Notes: generated by a model not told the origin, from the letters alone. A stretch of DNA of 63,954 bases, filler included, from Acidimicrobiia bacterium (GCA_041577335.1; 3 parts of 3 records of this genome joined end to end with filler, not necessarily neighbours in it), one strand, 5' to 3'; numbered from the whole stretch's first letter, positions 9,104-18,689 are shown. Made by a program: numbers and translations.

Positions 9104-9946
9104 TCAGGGCGCGACCAGTGGGTCGTACGCATCCGGCCGGCGGTCGCGGTAGAAGGCCCACTGCTTGCGGACTTCGTCGATCATGTCCATGTCGAGGTCC
9201 CGCACGACAAGCTCCTCGTCGGTGTCGGAAGCCGCTTCGCCGACCAACTGACCGCGAGGATTCACGAAGTACGACGAACCGTAGAAATCATTGTCTCCAT
9301 ACTCCTCTTTGCCGACCCGGTTGATGGCGCCGATGAAATACTCGTTGGCCACAGCTGATGCCGGCTGCTCGAGGTTCCATAGATACATCGACAGTCCCCG
9401 GCTGGTGGCCGACGGGTTGAACACGATCTTGGCCCCGGCCAAACCGAGTGCTCGCCACCCTTCAGGAAAGTGGCGGTCGTAGCAGATGTACACACCCACT
9501 TTGCCCACTGCTGTATCGAAGACCGGATAGCCCATGTTGCCCGGGCGGAAGTAGAACTTCTCCCAGAAGCCCGCGACGTGCGGTATGTGCGTCTTGCGGT
9601 ACTTCCCCAAGTACGTCCCGTCGGCGTCGATCACGGCCGCCGAGTTGTAGAGGAACCCATCGTCTTCCTTTTCGTAGATGGGGACCACCAGCACCATGCC
9701 GGTCTCCTTGGCGAGGGCAATCATCCGCTGCGTCGTCGGTCCGTCCGGGATCAGCTCGGCGGTGTCCTTATGGACGTCTTCTTGCACCTGGCAGAAGTAC
9801 GGTGCGTTGAAGATCTCCTGAAAGCACATGACCTTGGCGCCTTGTTCGGCCGCCTGACGGGCGTATTGCACGTTTTTCTCGACCATGGACTCTCTGTCGC
9901 CGGTCCATGCCGTCTGGACGATGGCCGCTCGAACGATGTTCGCCAT
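9104..9946 (-). CDS. Nitrilase-superfamily hydrolase, beta-ureidopropionase-like
   Basis: E-K-C triad in CFQEIF, YRKTHIP and ICYDRHFPE; FWEKFYF. Start ATG 9946 follows GAGGAG. Confidence 0.92.
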   Translation of the reverse strand: MANIVRAAIVQTAWTGDRESMVEKNVQYARQAAEQGAKVMCFQEIFNAPYFCQVQEDVHKDTAELIPDGPTTQRMIALAKETGMVLVVPIYEKEDDGFLYNSAAVIDADGTYLGKYRKTHIPHVAGFWEKFYFRPGNMGYPVFDTAVGKVGVYICYDRHFPEGWRALGLAGAKIVFNPSATSRGLSMYLWNLEQPASAVANEYFIGAINRVGKEEYGDNDFYGSSYFVNPRGQLVGEAASDTDEELVVRDLDMDMIDEVRKQWAFYRDRRPDAYDPLVAP

Positions 9947-10019
9947 TCTGTTGCACTCCTCTTTTCTTGCCGTGGGGTCGGGCCTCGCCGGCCCGACCCC
10001 ACACGTTCCTCCGTGTCGT

Positions 10020-11105
10020 CTACTCGCCGCCTTCGGTGAGAACGATCGTTTGGCGGGTCCAATCGGAACCGGTTGTGTCGAGCCCCTCGTCGTTGAGCGC
10101 ATCGACGGCGTTCTGCGCGAAATCGGTTCGGAATGCCGAATCCCCTGGGTCAGATGAGATGACGTTCTGGCTCGTCGCCACGTCGATGGTCTGGTCCCAC
10201 AGCGCCTGGTCCATGACGCCGATGCCTCCCGGCGACGGCCAGATGAGAGCATTGATCTCGTTCAATTGCCATGCCTGGTGGCTGGCGCCGAGCGTCGGCC
10301 CGGCCGCGAGAACGATCTCGACGCAGTCCTCGGGGTTGTCGCGACAGAAGATCCATCCTTTGAAGCTGGCCTTCAAGAAGGCCTCGACCGTATCAGGGTT
10401 CTCCTCGGCGTACGCCTCGGTCACCCAGACTGCGTCCTGGAGCATGGCGGTGGCGATCGATGGATCGTTGAAGTCGATGACGTTGAGGTCTTCTGGCTGG
10501 TAGAGCTCGCCGGTGTCGGGGTTGATCGCCTCGAGCACCTGGGCATACTCGTTGTAGATCATCGCCTCTGCCGTATCGATCTCTCGATTGAGTAGGGCTT
10601 CCATGGTGAAATCCTGAGCGACCAACTCGCCTACGGTGACGTTGAACTTGTCGATCGCCGCCGTGAGCTCGAATTCGTTTCCAAAACCCCAGTTGCCAAC
10701 GGTCTTGCCCTCCCAGTCGGCAGGTGACGTGATGCCGCTGTCAGCCCAACTGACCATCAGGGTGCCGGACCGTTGGAAGACCTGTCCCACGTTCACGAGG
10801 CCGGCGCCTTCTTCGTTGGAAACTAATGCCTTGGGCACCCATGCCAAACCGAATTGGGCGCCGCCGGTGGCGACAACCTGCTGGGGAACGATCTCGACGG
10901 CGCCTTCCAGGATGGTCACATCGAGTCCCTCGTCCTCGTAGTAGCCCTGGTCGACTGCGGCGTAGTAGCCGGCAAACTGGGATTGAGCCACCCACTGCAG
11001 CTGCAGATTGACGGGGGTGAGGTCACCACTGCTGCCGCATGCGGCCGCCACCATCGCAAACGCCGCCAATGCGGCTCCCAACGTCCTCATCCGGGTTCTG
11101 GTCAT
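10020..11105 (-). CDS. ABC substrate-binding lipoprotein, NMT1/THI5 family (probably pyrimidine)
   Basis: Lipobox AAAC; LQLQWVAQSQFAGYYAAVDQGYYEDEGLDV; GAGGAG RBS. Confidence 0.9.
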   Translation of the reverse strand: MTRTRMRTLGAALAAFAMVAAACGSSGDLTPVNLQLQWVAQSQFAGYYAAVDQGYYEDEGLDVTILEGAVEIVPQQVVATGGAQFGLAWVPKALVSNEEGAGLVNVGQVFQRSGTLMVSWADSGITSPADWEGKTVGNWGFGNEFELTAAIDKFNVTVGELVAQDFTMEALLNREIDTAEAMIYNEYAQVLEAINPDTGELYQPEDLNVIDFNDPSIATAMLQDAVWVTEAYAEENPDTVEAFLKASFKGWIFCRDNPEDCVEIVLAAGPTLGASHQAWQLNEINALIWPSPGGIGVMDQALWDQTIDVATSQNVISSDPGDSAFRTDFAQNAVDALNDEGLDTTGSDWTRQTIVLTEGGE

Positions 11106-11172
11106 TTCTCCTCCTCAGACGCGGCGACGCCGCCACCATTTGGCAAACCTACTCAACCGAATCTCTGTGCGC

Positions 11173-11943
11173 TCACGGGTTGCGGATCGATACATGCCAT
11201 GGCATAGCCTTGCGTTCGATCCAGACCACGGCGACATAGAGCAGGATCCCGAACGCCGAAGCCAGAACAATTGCTGCCCATGCCTCCTCGAACTGGAGCA
11301 ATCCTGCTTTGGTGGTGATGTACTGGCCGAGCCGCTCTTGGCTTCCGCCAAAGAACTCTTTGACGATGGCCCCGATGAGGCTCAGCGCTGCCGCGACCTT
11401 GAGTGCCGAAAAAAGATAGGGCAGCGCGGTTGGGAACTGCAGCTTCCAGAGCTGGGTACGCCGCGGGGCAGCGTACGACTGCATGAGCTCCACCTGGGAG
11501 GGTGACGGAGACATGAGGCCGCGCACGAGGTTGATCATCACTGGGAAGAAGACCAACACCGTCACGACAAAGATCGAGCCGAGTGGGCTGGTGATGCCGA
11601 ACCATGAGTTGGCGATAGGGGCCAGCACGATGATGGGCGTCGAATTGGCGGCGATGGCGAATGGAACAGCCCCGTCACGAACGACCGTCCACCGAGCGGC
11701 AGCGAACGCAATAACGATCGCAAAGGCAGTGCCGAGCAGGAGGCCGCCGAGTGCCGAGGAGAACGTCCCGATACCCGCTGCCAGGAGCTCGGGCGCCTCG
11801 ACGACGAACGTTCGAACAATCGCAGTTGGAGCGGGCAGGATGAAACCCTTGATGTCGAAAACCTGAACGAACGACTCCCACAGAAACAGCCCTGCCACGA
11901 ACAACCCAGCCGCCGGCAGCCATCGCCGAAGATGGCGGGTCAT
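11173..11943 (-). CDS. ABC permease (SsuC/NitT type)
   Basis: FILPAP, VFFPVMIN, KLQFPTALPYLFSALK, GAIVKEF; ATGA overlap with the ATPase gene. Confidence 0.9.
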   Translation of the reverse strand: MTRHLRRWLPAAGLFVAGLFLWESFVQVFDIKGFILPAPTAIVRTFVVEAPELLAAGIGTFSSALGGLLLGTAFAIVIAFAAARWTVVRDGAVPFAIAANSTPIIVLAPIANSWFGITSPLGSIFVVTVLVFFPVMINLVRGLMSPSPSQVELMQSYAAPRRTQLWKLQFPTALPYLFSALKVAAALSLIGAIVKEFFGGSQERLGQYITTKAGLLQFEEAWAAIVLASAFGILLYVAVVWIERKAMPWHVSIRNP

Positions 11944-12713
11944 GGTTTCTCCACCGCACGGAGCCCTTCGCGGACACGGGTGAGCTGGGCAAAGAACCTC
12001 TGATCTTCGCGGGTTTCGAACACCCGAGGCTGCGGTAGGTCGATCTCGACGATCTCGGTGATCTCTCCCGGGCGAGGAGACATGATGACGACTCGGGTCG
12101 ATAGGAAGACGGCTTCGGGGATCGAGTGGGTGACAAAGAGGATCGTTGTGTCGGTCTCCGCCCAGATCTGGAGAAGCTCCATCTGCATGCGCTCGCGAGT
12201 CATCTCGTCGAGGGCGCCGAATGGCTCGTCCATGAGAAGAATGGAAGGGGAAAAGGCCAGCGCCCTGGCGATGGCGACCCGCTGCTGCATGCCACCCGAC
12301 AGCTGCCATGGGTAATGATCGGCGAATTGTTCGAGCTGAACCAGGTTGAGCATCTCGTCGGCCCGTTGCGCTCGATCTTCTTCTGACAGGCCCATGATCT
12401 CCAGAGGAAGTTCGACGTTCGCCCGGATCTTGCGCCACTCCAACAACGTTGCCGATTGAAAGACCATTCCGTAGTCCCGATCCAGCCGTGCTTGGCGCGG
12501 CGGCTTGCCATTCACAGTCACCCTGCCCTGGCTGGCTGGGAGAAGGTCGGCTACCAGGCGCAGCAACGTCGACTTGCCGCATCCCGATGGGCCGATGAGC
12601 GAGATGAACTCTCCCGACTCGACCGACAGGTTGATGCCGCGCAGCGCCTCTACCCTTCCGTCGCTCCCCTCATTGAATACTTTGTCGACACCATGCAACT
12701 CCAATGCCGTCAT
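11940..12713 (-). CDS. ABC ATP-binding protein (SsuB/NitT type)
   Basis: GPSGCGKST, LSGGMQQR, LLMDEPFGALD, FVTH; ATGA overlap with the upstream permease. Confidence 0.95.
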   Translation of the reverse strand: MTALELHGVDKVFNEGSDGRVEALRGINLSVESGEFISLIGPSGCGKSTLLRLVADLLPASQGRVTVNGKPPRQARLDRDYGMVFQSATLLEWRKIRANVELPLEIMGLSEEDRAQRADEMLNLVQLEQFADHYPWQLSGGMQQRVAIARALAFSPSILLMDEPFGALDEMTRERMQMELLQIWAETDTTILFVTHSIPEAVFLSTRVVIMSPRPGEITEIVEIDLPQPRVFETREDQRFFAQLTRVREGLRAVEKP

Positions 12714-13609
12714 GCTGAGGACGCCTCGAGTTTTTGGTGCAGCTGGACGGCGGTGGCGTCGATTCGACGGGCCGGTGGAAGCAACATTCTCTCGGCAAGG
12801 GCGATGAGGCCCACGAAGACAACGCCGAGCAATGATGCCACCACGATTGAGGCAAAGAGCTTCTCTGGGGCCGCAGAAAATGCGGCGGCGAAGTTGAGGA
12901 TCGCTCTGCCGAGGCCGTCTGGCATGCTGGCCGGTAACTCGCCGACGATCGCTCCGATGATCGATGCGGTGGCGGCGACCTTGAGGGCCGGGAAAAGGTA
13001 TGGCAGGGCTGAGGGAACCTGCAACTTCCACAGCACCTGGTTGGGGTTGGCGGCGTACGACCTCATGAGCTCCGACGCGGTGGCTTCCGGCGACCGGAGA
13101 CCGCGCAGTGTGTTGATGGCGACTGGGAAGAACGCCAGGTAGGCGGAAATGACGGCGACCACTACCCATTTGGGGACGCTCGCTCGACCGGCCCACACCA
13201 CCAGGATCGGGGCGATTGCCAGGATCGGCACGGTCTGAGAGGCAACCACATAGGGCATGAGCCCTCGCTCGGCCATGCTGGACCGAACGAAGAGCACCCC
13301 GAGGGAAAACCCAATGGTGCTCCCGATGAGGAAGCCGAGGAATGCCGACCGGAAGGTGAACAGTGCCGCCTGTAACAGGATCACAAGAAGGATGTTGTCG
13401 CCGCCACGGCGGGCGGGGCGAAGCAGGGCAGCTCCGATGTCCCATAAGTGGGGCATCGACCGTTCGTTCGTTCTAACGGGAAGGGCCAGCTCGGTGAACG
13501 GCCAAGTGCCGCCCGTGGTCTGGCCCATGAACTTGTAGCCCTCCCACAACAGCGCCAGGGTGATGAGGATGCCCAAAAAAGAAAGGCCGCTCCGGAGGGG
13601 ACGACTCAT
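12710..13609 (-). CDS. ABC permease (SsuC/NitT type)
   Basis: QTVPILAIAP, FFPVAINTLRGL, PSALPYLF, GAIVGE. Confidence 0.9.
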   Translation of the reverse strand: MSRPLRSGLSFLGILITLALLWEGYKFMGQTTGGTWPFTELALPVRTNERSMPHLWDIGAALLRPARRGGDNILLVILLQAALFTFRSAFLGFLIGSTIGFSLGVLFVRSSMAERGLMPYVVASQTVPILAIAPILVVWAGRASVPKWVVVAVISAYLAFFPVAINTLRGLRSPEATASELMRSYAANPNQVLWKLQVPSALPYLFPALKVAATASIIGAIVGELPASMPDGLGRAILNFAAAFSAAPEKLFASIVVASLLGVVFVGLIALAERMLLPPARRIDATAVQLHQKLEASSA

Positions 13610-13683
13610 CGAAGCTGACCGGGAGTAGGCATACGCGGATACTATCGACCGCCTCGATCATGACGCTTCGAAACGACTCGGTT

Positions 13684-13839
13684 TCAATGACCGGTTCGGC
13701 CACCCGATCTGCCGCCCCGCTTACCGTGACCTTTTTGGAACCGTCTCGCTTCTGCTTCGCGCCCGGGCTTCTGCCGCGGCGCCCGCTTGGGTTTCTTTGA
13801 CGGGCGTTGTTTGGGTTGATCGGACTCGGGTCGCGTCAT
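13684..13839 (-). CDS. Small highly basic protein (51 aa)
   Basis: AGGAGG 4 nt before ATG 13839; MTRPESDQPKQRPSKKPKRAPRQKPGREAEARRFQKGHGKRGGRSGGRTGH. Confidence 0.55.
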   Translation of the reverse strand: MTRPESDQPKQRPSKKPKRAPRQKPGREAEARRFQKGHGKRGGRSGGRTGH

Positions 13840-14038
13840 GGATCCTCCTAGGCAGAGCGGCACCCCACCGCATCTCCGGCTCGATGAACCGACTCTACCC
13901 GCCGTCACCGGACGCTTGTAGGGCCGAATTGCTCTTCACGAGTGAGTGGGTTCGGCGCGATAAGGAACTCGGCTGACCTGACCAACGTCGCATTTATACC
14001 CATGGACAACGGCCTTGTTGCCTGAAAGGAAGGGCATC

Positions 14039-14866
14039 ATGCGGAGTACCCATTTGGTTTGGATTCTCGCGCTGGGATTACTGGCAGCCGCGTGCGGTTC
14101 CTCTGGCGACACAACCACCACCTCGGTGCCTTCTACTTCCCTCACCACCATCGGCACAACCACGGTTGCCGGAACGCCGGCGACCACCGTCGCCCCGGCA
14201 ACAACAGTCGCCCCCGAGACAACTGTCGCCGAACCGACCACGACCACAACTACGACGACCACCGCGGTCGCTCCCACCACCACGTTCCCCGGAGAGCCAA
14301 TCGAAATCGGGCCCCGAGCCGGCGACGTGCTCGCCGTGGTAGGCGTTGAGTACGACGACGTGTTGAACGTGAGGGCCAAGCCCGGAGTAGGCCAACCAAT
14401 CGTGGCCACGCTGGCTCCCACCTATGACAATATCGTGGCGTTGGGCGTTGCCCGCCTTCTGCCGAGCTCCATCTGGTACGAGGTCGACGTCGACGGAACG
14501 CGCGGCTGGGTATCGAGTTCGTTCGTCGGATACATAGGGAGTACCGACGACGTGACAGCTTCGGTCATCGCCGAGCTCGGCGAGATCCCAACTGCGTCGT
14601 CGATGGAAGCGCTCGCCGACATCGTCGTGGCAACCCAGGCGTCGACGGATCCGCTATCGCGCGTCACCACGACAGTGGAGGCGTCGATCGGCGATCTAGG
14701 TGAAATCACGATGGATGTGATCGGGATAGGAGACGATTCGGTGCTCGGATTTCGGTTGATGATTCTCGGGCAGTCCGAGGACGGTGGGACCACGTTCGGA
14801 CTCAAATCTGTAGAGAGGACGACGCTTTGCGCCAGGGGCGCGACAACCGGTGGGCTGTGCATTTAG
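14039..14866 (+). CDS. Lipoprotein with Thr-rich linker and SH3b-like domain
   Basis: Lipobox LAAAC; poly-Thr linker; DDVLNVRAKPG...WYEVDVDGTRGWVSSSF. Confidence 0.85.
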   Translation: MRSTHLVWILALGLLAAACGSSGDTTTTSVPSTSLTTIGTTTVAGTPATTVAPATTVAPETTVAEPTTTTTTTTTAVAPTTTFPGEPIEIGPRAGDVLAVVGVEYDDVLNVRAKPGVGQPIVATLAPTYDNIVALGVARLLPSSIWYEVDVDGTRGWVSSSFVGYIGSTDDVTASVIAELGEIPTASSMEALADIVVATQASTDPLSRVTTTVEASIGDLGEITMDVIGIGDDSVLGFRLMILGQSEDGGTTFGLKSVERTTLCARGATTGGLCI

Positions 14867-14975
14867 GGGTGTGTCCGGTAGGTCGATGCGCAAAGAGTCG
14901 TTGGCCTCTACACGGAGGACGGGCTCAGCGCGAGCCTCTGGGTGTGTTATCGGAAAACCCATGAGGAGGTGAACC

Positions 14976-15353
14976 GTGACACTGTTGCAAGAGCGCACGA
15001 CCCAAACGCGGGTCCCAGAAACCTCTCATCGACGTTCACCCTGGCCCATCGTGGCGACCGTCGTCGGCGTCGTCGGCCTGGTGGCCGCCCTGCTTGGTCT
15101 GTGGATGTACTACGCGCCGGCGACCGGCATCTTGACGCTGTTCTCGTGGGAGTGGACGGTTGCAGAGATCGCGACGGCCTGGCCCTTCGCACTGATCATC
15201 GCCGGATCGCTCGGCGTCACGGTGACATCGGCCTACGCCGCGATCACGCTGTTCGACAAAGAGTCAAACGATGTGTTCCCGGTCATGGCGACCATCCTGG
15301 CAATAGCGGCTTTCGCGATGGCCGTGTACTACTCGATCGTCTGGATCTTCTGA
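14976..15353 (+). CDS. Small membrane protein (about 3 TM)
   Basis: GAGGAGGT RBS before GTG; three hydrophobic segments. Confidence 0.75.
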   Translation: MTLLQERTTQTRVPETSHRRSPWPIVATVVGVVGLVAALLGLWMYYAPATGILTLFSWEWTVAEIATAWPFALIIAGSLGVTVTSAYAAITLFDKESNDVFPVMATILAIAAFAMAVYYSIVWIF

Positions 15354-15401
15354 GGAAGATCCCCGGTCGACCGCTTCAGACCGTCGGACTCCCGGAGCGT
15401 C

Positions 15402-15904
15402 TCAGGATGCTGCGGGAGTCCTTACTTGTGAGGGTGGCGCGATCCGTCCTTCGATCAGTCGTCCTCCGATGAAAGCTACGAGTGCCGCCGTGAAGACGGC
15501 GCGGCCTCCGTGGAACTCACCCCTCCGATGAGCAACGTCAGTGCCGCAACACTCAACGGCGCGGGTATCACCGCTGCGGCCGTTGCTGTCATGAGGGCTA
15601 TGGTCAATGGCGCCCGATGTCAGCGCGACAAGAACACTCTCTTCGTGTGGGGAGCCGATGAAGCTGCGGGCGAGGCCGACACCGACGCCCCGCTACCGTC
15701 GGGATCAGCACGGTGCGCCAGGAGCCGGCGAAGGCGTCAGGTCTGAGCTCGTCGGGCCAAAGGACGGTCTGGGCGCCATTGGCGACCGCCACGAACGCCA
15801 GGGCCGCCGAAGCGCCGATTGCACCGGTTGCATGGAAGATCAGGACGAGTCCCGCCCGACCCGCCTCAGCTTCGGTGCTTCTTCGCTCAATATTGCCGTG
15901 CCAT
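15402..15904 (-). pseudogene. Degraded membrane-protein remnant, possibly ClC-family
   Basis: Hydrophobic pieces in shifting frames: ALAFVAVANGAQTVLWPD..WRTVLIPTVAG / VGVGLARSF..EESVLVAL / IALMTATAAAVIPAPLSVAALTLLIGG / AVFTAALVAFIGGRL. Confidence 0.4.
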
Positions 15905-16055
15905 CCGGACGGGGTGACAAGCCGATCGCACACGCGAGCGCCGCGCCGTGCGGGGACTGACCGGGGCAGGAGCGGACCGCCAGCACGCAAAGTGGTGTTT
16001 GATCACTGAAAGTGTTATCGCTAGCGTGGCCGTCCAGGGACTCAGGGAGGGAAAC

Positions 16056-16865
16056 ATGAGAGGCTTGATCGTGGCCGCATTGGTGGCAGGCGCACTCGTC
16101 GCCGGTCTGCCGTCAGCAGCGGCATCGCCACGGGCGTTGTGGGTGTGGGATGGCCCGGTAGGTCAAGCGATCGATGTGGCCGAGGCCGACGGGTTCGACA
16201 CTCTCTTCGTACATGCCCCGCCGGGATTCGACCCTGCGCCGTACCGCAGTTTCATCGACCGGGCTGCCTCGTCGGGCATCGAGGTGTATGCCATGGGCGG
16301 CGATCCTTCGTGGGCTACCGACAGGAAGGCCTGGAAGGAATGGGTCGCCGAGGTCGAAGCGGCGGCGATCTTCGACGGGGCGGTGGCCGATGTCGAGCCC
16401 TACCTTTTGCCTGAGTGGTCAGAGCCCGGCTCGCAACAGAAATTGATCAACAAGTACCTGCGCCGATTGAGCGATGCGCGACGCGAGGCTGTATCGATCG
16501 ACCTGATCGTGGCGGTCCCTTTCTGGTGGGACTTGCGTGAATTCGACCGGCGGGGCCAGTCGCTCGTAGATCGAGTCGTCGACCGCTCGGATGGGCTGAT
16601 CGTCATGGCCTATCGCGATCACGCTGCGGGCGCAGACGGCATCATTGAGCACGCTGCCGCCGAGGTCGCGGCAGCGTCTGCGGACGGCAAGGCGGTATGG
16701 GTGGGAGTCGAGACTGGCGATGTCGGCCTCGACAAGGTGACTTTTGCGGAGGAGGGGCGGAGCGCCCTGGCGGCCGAACTGGCGCTCGTGGAATCCGAAT
16801 TCGCAGGCGATATCTCTGGGATGGCAATTCACCACTTCGGCGCCTGGGTCGATCTCGCGGAGTAA
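16056..16865 (+). CDS. Secreted hypothetical protein, possible TIM-barrel hydrolase fold
   Basis: GGGAGG RBS; signal peptide MRGLIVAALVAGALVAGLPSAAA; RALWVW, FDGAVADVEPY, VMAYRD, VGVET. Confidence 0.75.
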   Translation: MRGLIVAALVAGALVAGLPSAAASPRALWVWDGPVGQAIDVAEADGFDTLFVHAPPGFDPAPYRSFIDRAASSGIEVYAMGGDPSWATDRKAWKEWVAEVEAAAIFDGAVADVEPYLLPEWSEPGSQQKLINKYLRRLSDARREAVSIDLIVAVPFWWDLREFDRRGQSLVDRVVDRSDGLIVMAYRDHAAGADGIIEHAAAEVAAASADGKAVWVGVETGDVGLDKVTFAEEGRSALAAELALVESEFAGDISGMAIHHFGAWVDLAE

Positions 16866-16900
16866 GCCGCTCTCCTTCCTGTCGGAATGTCGGATGCCCC

Positions 16901-16929
16901 TTGTCTGCCTAACAAGCGTTAGGTAAGAT
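16901..16929 (+). promoter_or_regulatory. sigma70-type promoter with a TetR-type palindromic operator in the spacer
   Basis: TTGTCT (16901)-17 nt-TAAGAT (16924); CCTAAC-AAGC-GTTAGG at 16908-16923; ATG lies 7 nt after the -10. Confidence 0.7.
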
Positions 16930-16936
16930 GCTGGCC

Positions 16937-17539
16937 ATGGCCGTCGCCACAGAAGAAACGTCTAGCCGCCAACGCATTCTCGATGTGGGTGCTCGCTTGT
17001 TTCTCGACCATGGATATGCGGACACCACCCTCCGAAAGATCGGCGCTGAGGTCGGGATGCAAGCCGCCTCTATCTACTACCACTTTGCGTCCAAGGACGA
17101 GCTCCTCACCGAGATCCTCGAACAGGGGATCACCGCCATTACGGCAGCCTTCGATGAGGGCGTCGCCGGCCTCGAGGGTGAGGCGGCATTCGCCGGCGCC
17201 ATCGATGCCCATCTCACCGCGCTGTTTGCCGAAGGACCATTCACGGCAGCCCACGTGACCATCTTCCGGCGCACCCCGAGCACGGTGCGGCGCAGAATTG
17301 TTCCGTTGCGAGATGCGTACGAGGCACGCTGGGATCGGCTCCTCCGGGGCCTGCAAGCAAGCGGAGACATGACTCCCGACCTTGACGTAGGACTTGTCCG
17401 GCTGACGTTGCTGGGATCCATGAACACCTCCTTGGAATGGTTCAAGCCGGGCGGCGGCCACACAGTCGATGACCTGGCTGGGGTCATCACTCGCCAATTC
17501 TGGAGCGGCTTGGCCGCAAGAACGAAAGATCACGCATGA
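16937..17539 (+). CDS. TetR/AcrR family regulator
   Basis: RQRILDVGARLFLDHGYADTTLRKIGAEVGMQAASIYYHFASKDELL HTH. Leaderless start at 16937 preferred over 16928. Confidence 0.93.
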   Translation: MAVATEETSSRQRILDVGARLFLDHGYADTTLRKIGAEVGMQAASIYYHFASKDELLTEILEQGITAITAAFDEGVAGLEGEAAFAGAIDAHLTALFAEGPFTAAHVTIFRRTPSTVRRRIVPLRDAYEARWDRLLRGLQASGDMTPDLDVGLVRLTLLGSMNTSLEWFKPGGGHTVDDLAGVITRQFWSGLAARTKDHA

Positions 17540-18681
17540 GAAACGCCGTCACGACAGACGAGCTCCAAGCGATCTACGACCAGACGGTCGACTTTGTCGC
17601 CAAGGAAGTAACTCCCGTCGCCGAAGAATGGGAGGTTGCCGGAGCGGTACCGCGCCAGGTCCTCCTGGAGATGGGCAAGCTGGGCATGTTCAGTCTGCGT
17701 GTGCCCGAATCACACGGTGGGCTCGGCCTCGGCCCACTTGCATCGGCAACGTTCTCCGAAGCGTTGGGCTCGTCCACATTCGGCGGGTTCGACGCAACTG
17801 TGCTCGTACACACCGATATGGCGTCGCCCCACCTCGTCCATTCGGGCACGGACGAGCAGCTCGATCGATACCTTCCCGGCATCCTCACCGGCGAGACGAT
17901 CACCGCCATCGCCGTCACTGAGCCCGATGCAGGCTCCGACGTAGCCGGGATGCGGACCAAAGCCATTCGGGACGGCGATGGCTGGCGCATCAGCGGGACG
18001 AAGATGTTCATCACCAATGCGGTACACGGAGATCTCGTCATCGTGGCGGCGCGGACTGACCCCCACGAGCGGTACGGCATCTCGATGTTCTTGGTCCCGC
18101 GCGACAGCACAGGGTTCTCGGTCGCCAAGAAGCTCAACAAGACCGGCTGGCGCAGCTCCGACACGGCCGAGCTGGTGCTCGAGGACGTATGGGTCCCGCA
18201 GGAGAACCTGCTTGGGACCGAGCATCGCGGCTTCTACGCGATCATGAAGAATTTCCAGAATGAGCGGATGGTCCTCGTCGGGATGGGTATCGGTGCCGCC
18301 CAGGTGGCCATCGATATCACTCTCGAACACACCCAGAACCGCAGAGCCTTCGGAGGCTCGCTGTTCGACCTGGGTGCGATTCGCCAGAGGCTCGCCATGG
18401 ACCAGGCCAAGCTCGATGCGGTACGGGCGTCTTTCTATCACGCGGCCTGGCTCATGGAGCAAGGCATCGACGCCACCAAGGAGATTTCCGGGGTCAAGGC
18501 CTTTGGAGCGGAGACCATCAACCACATCATGTACGACTGCGTTCAGTTCCACGGCGGGACGGGGTACATGACAGATACTGCCGTCGAGCGTATGTCGCGA
18601 GACGCTCGCATTCTAACGATCGGTGGCGGGGCAACCGAGGTGATGCTCGAAGAAGTCGCCAAACGATCGATGTTGGGATAG
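17536..18681 (+). CDS. Acyl-CoA dehydrogenase
   Basis: IAVTEPDAGSD, GTKMFITN, KTGWRSSDTAEL, QFHGGTGY, TIGGGATEV. Confidence 0.95.
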   Translation: MRNAVTTDELQAIYDQTVDFVAKEVTPVAEEWEVAGAVPRQVLLEMGKLGMFSLRVPESHGGLGLGPLASATFSEALGSSTFGGFDATVLVHTDMASPHLVHSGTDEQLDRYLPGILTGETITAIAVTEPDAGSDVAGMRTKAIRDGDGWRISGTKMFITNAVHGDLVIVAARTDPHERYGISMFLVPRDSTGFSVAKKLNKTGWRSSDTAELVLEDVWVPQENLLGTEHRGFYAIMKNFQNERMVLVGMGIGAAQVAIDITLEHTQNRRAFGGSLFDLGAIRQRLAMDQAKLDAVRASFYHAAWLMEQGIDATKEISGVKAFGAETINHIMYDCVQFHGGTGYMTDTAVERMSRDARILTIGGGATEVMLEEVAKRSMLG

Positions 18682-18689
18682 CAGCAGCC

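Noticed and set aside
8638..9152. ORFs of 95-144 aa in the aminotransferase-nitrilase gap
   Set aside because: They are translations of the repeat element, with no recognisable motifs or RBS.
9104..13445. Extended ORF-track starts (10252, 12582, 13445; likewise 23332, 24876, 38622, 48882, 54325, 58856)
   Set aside because: Most extensions overlap neighbouring genes and all lack family motifs; internal ATGs with an RBS, a -10 box or a stop-start overlap fit better.
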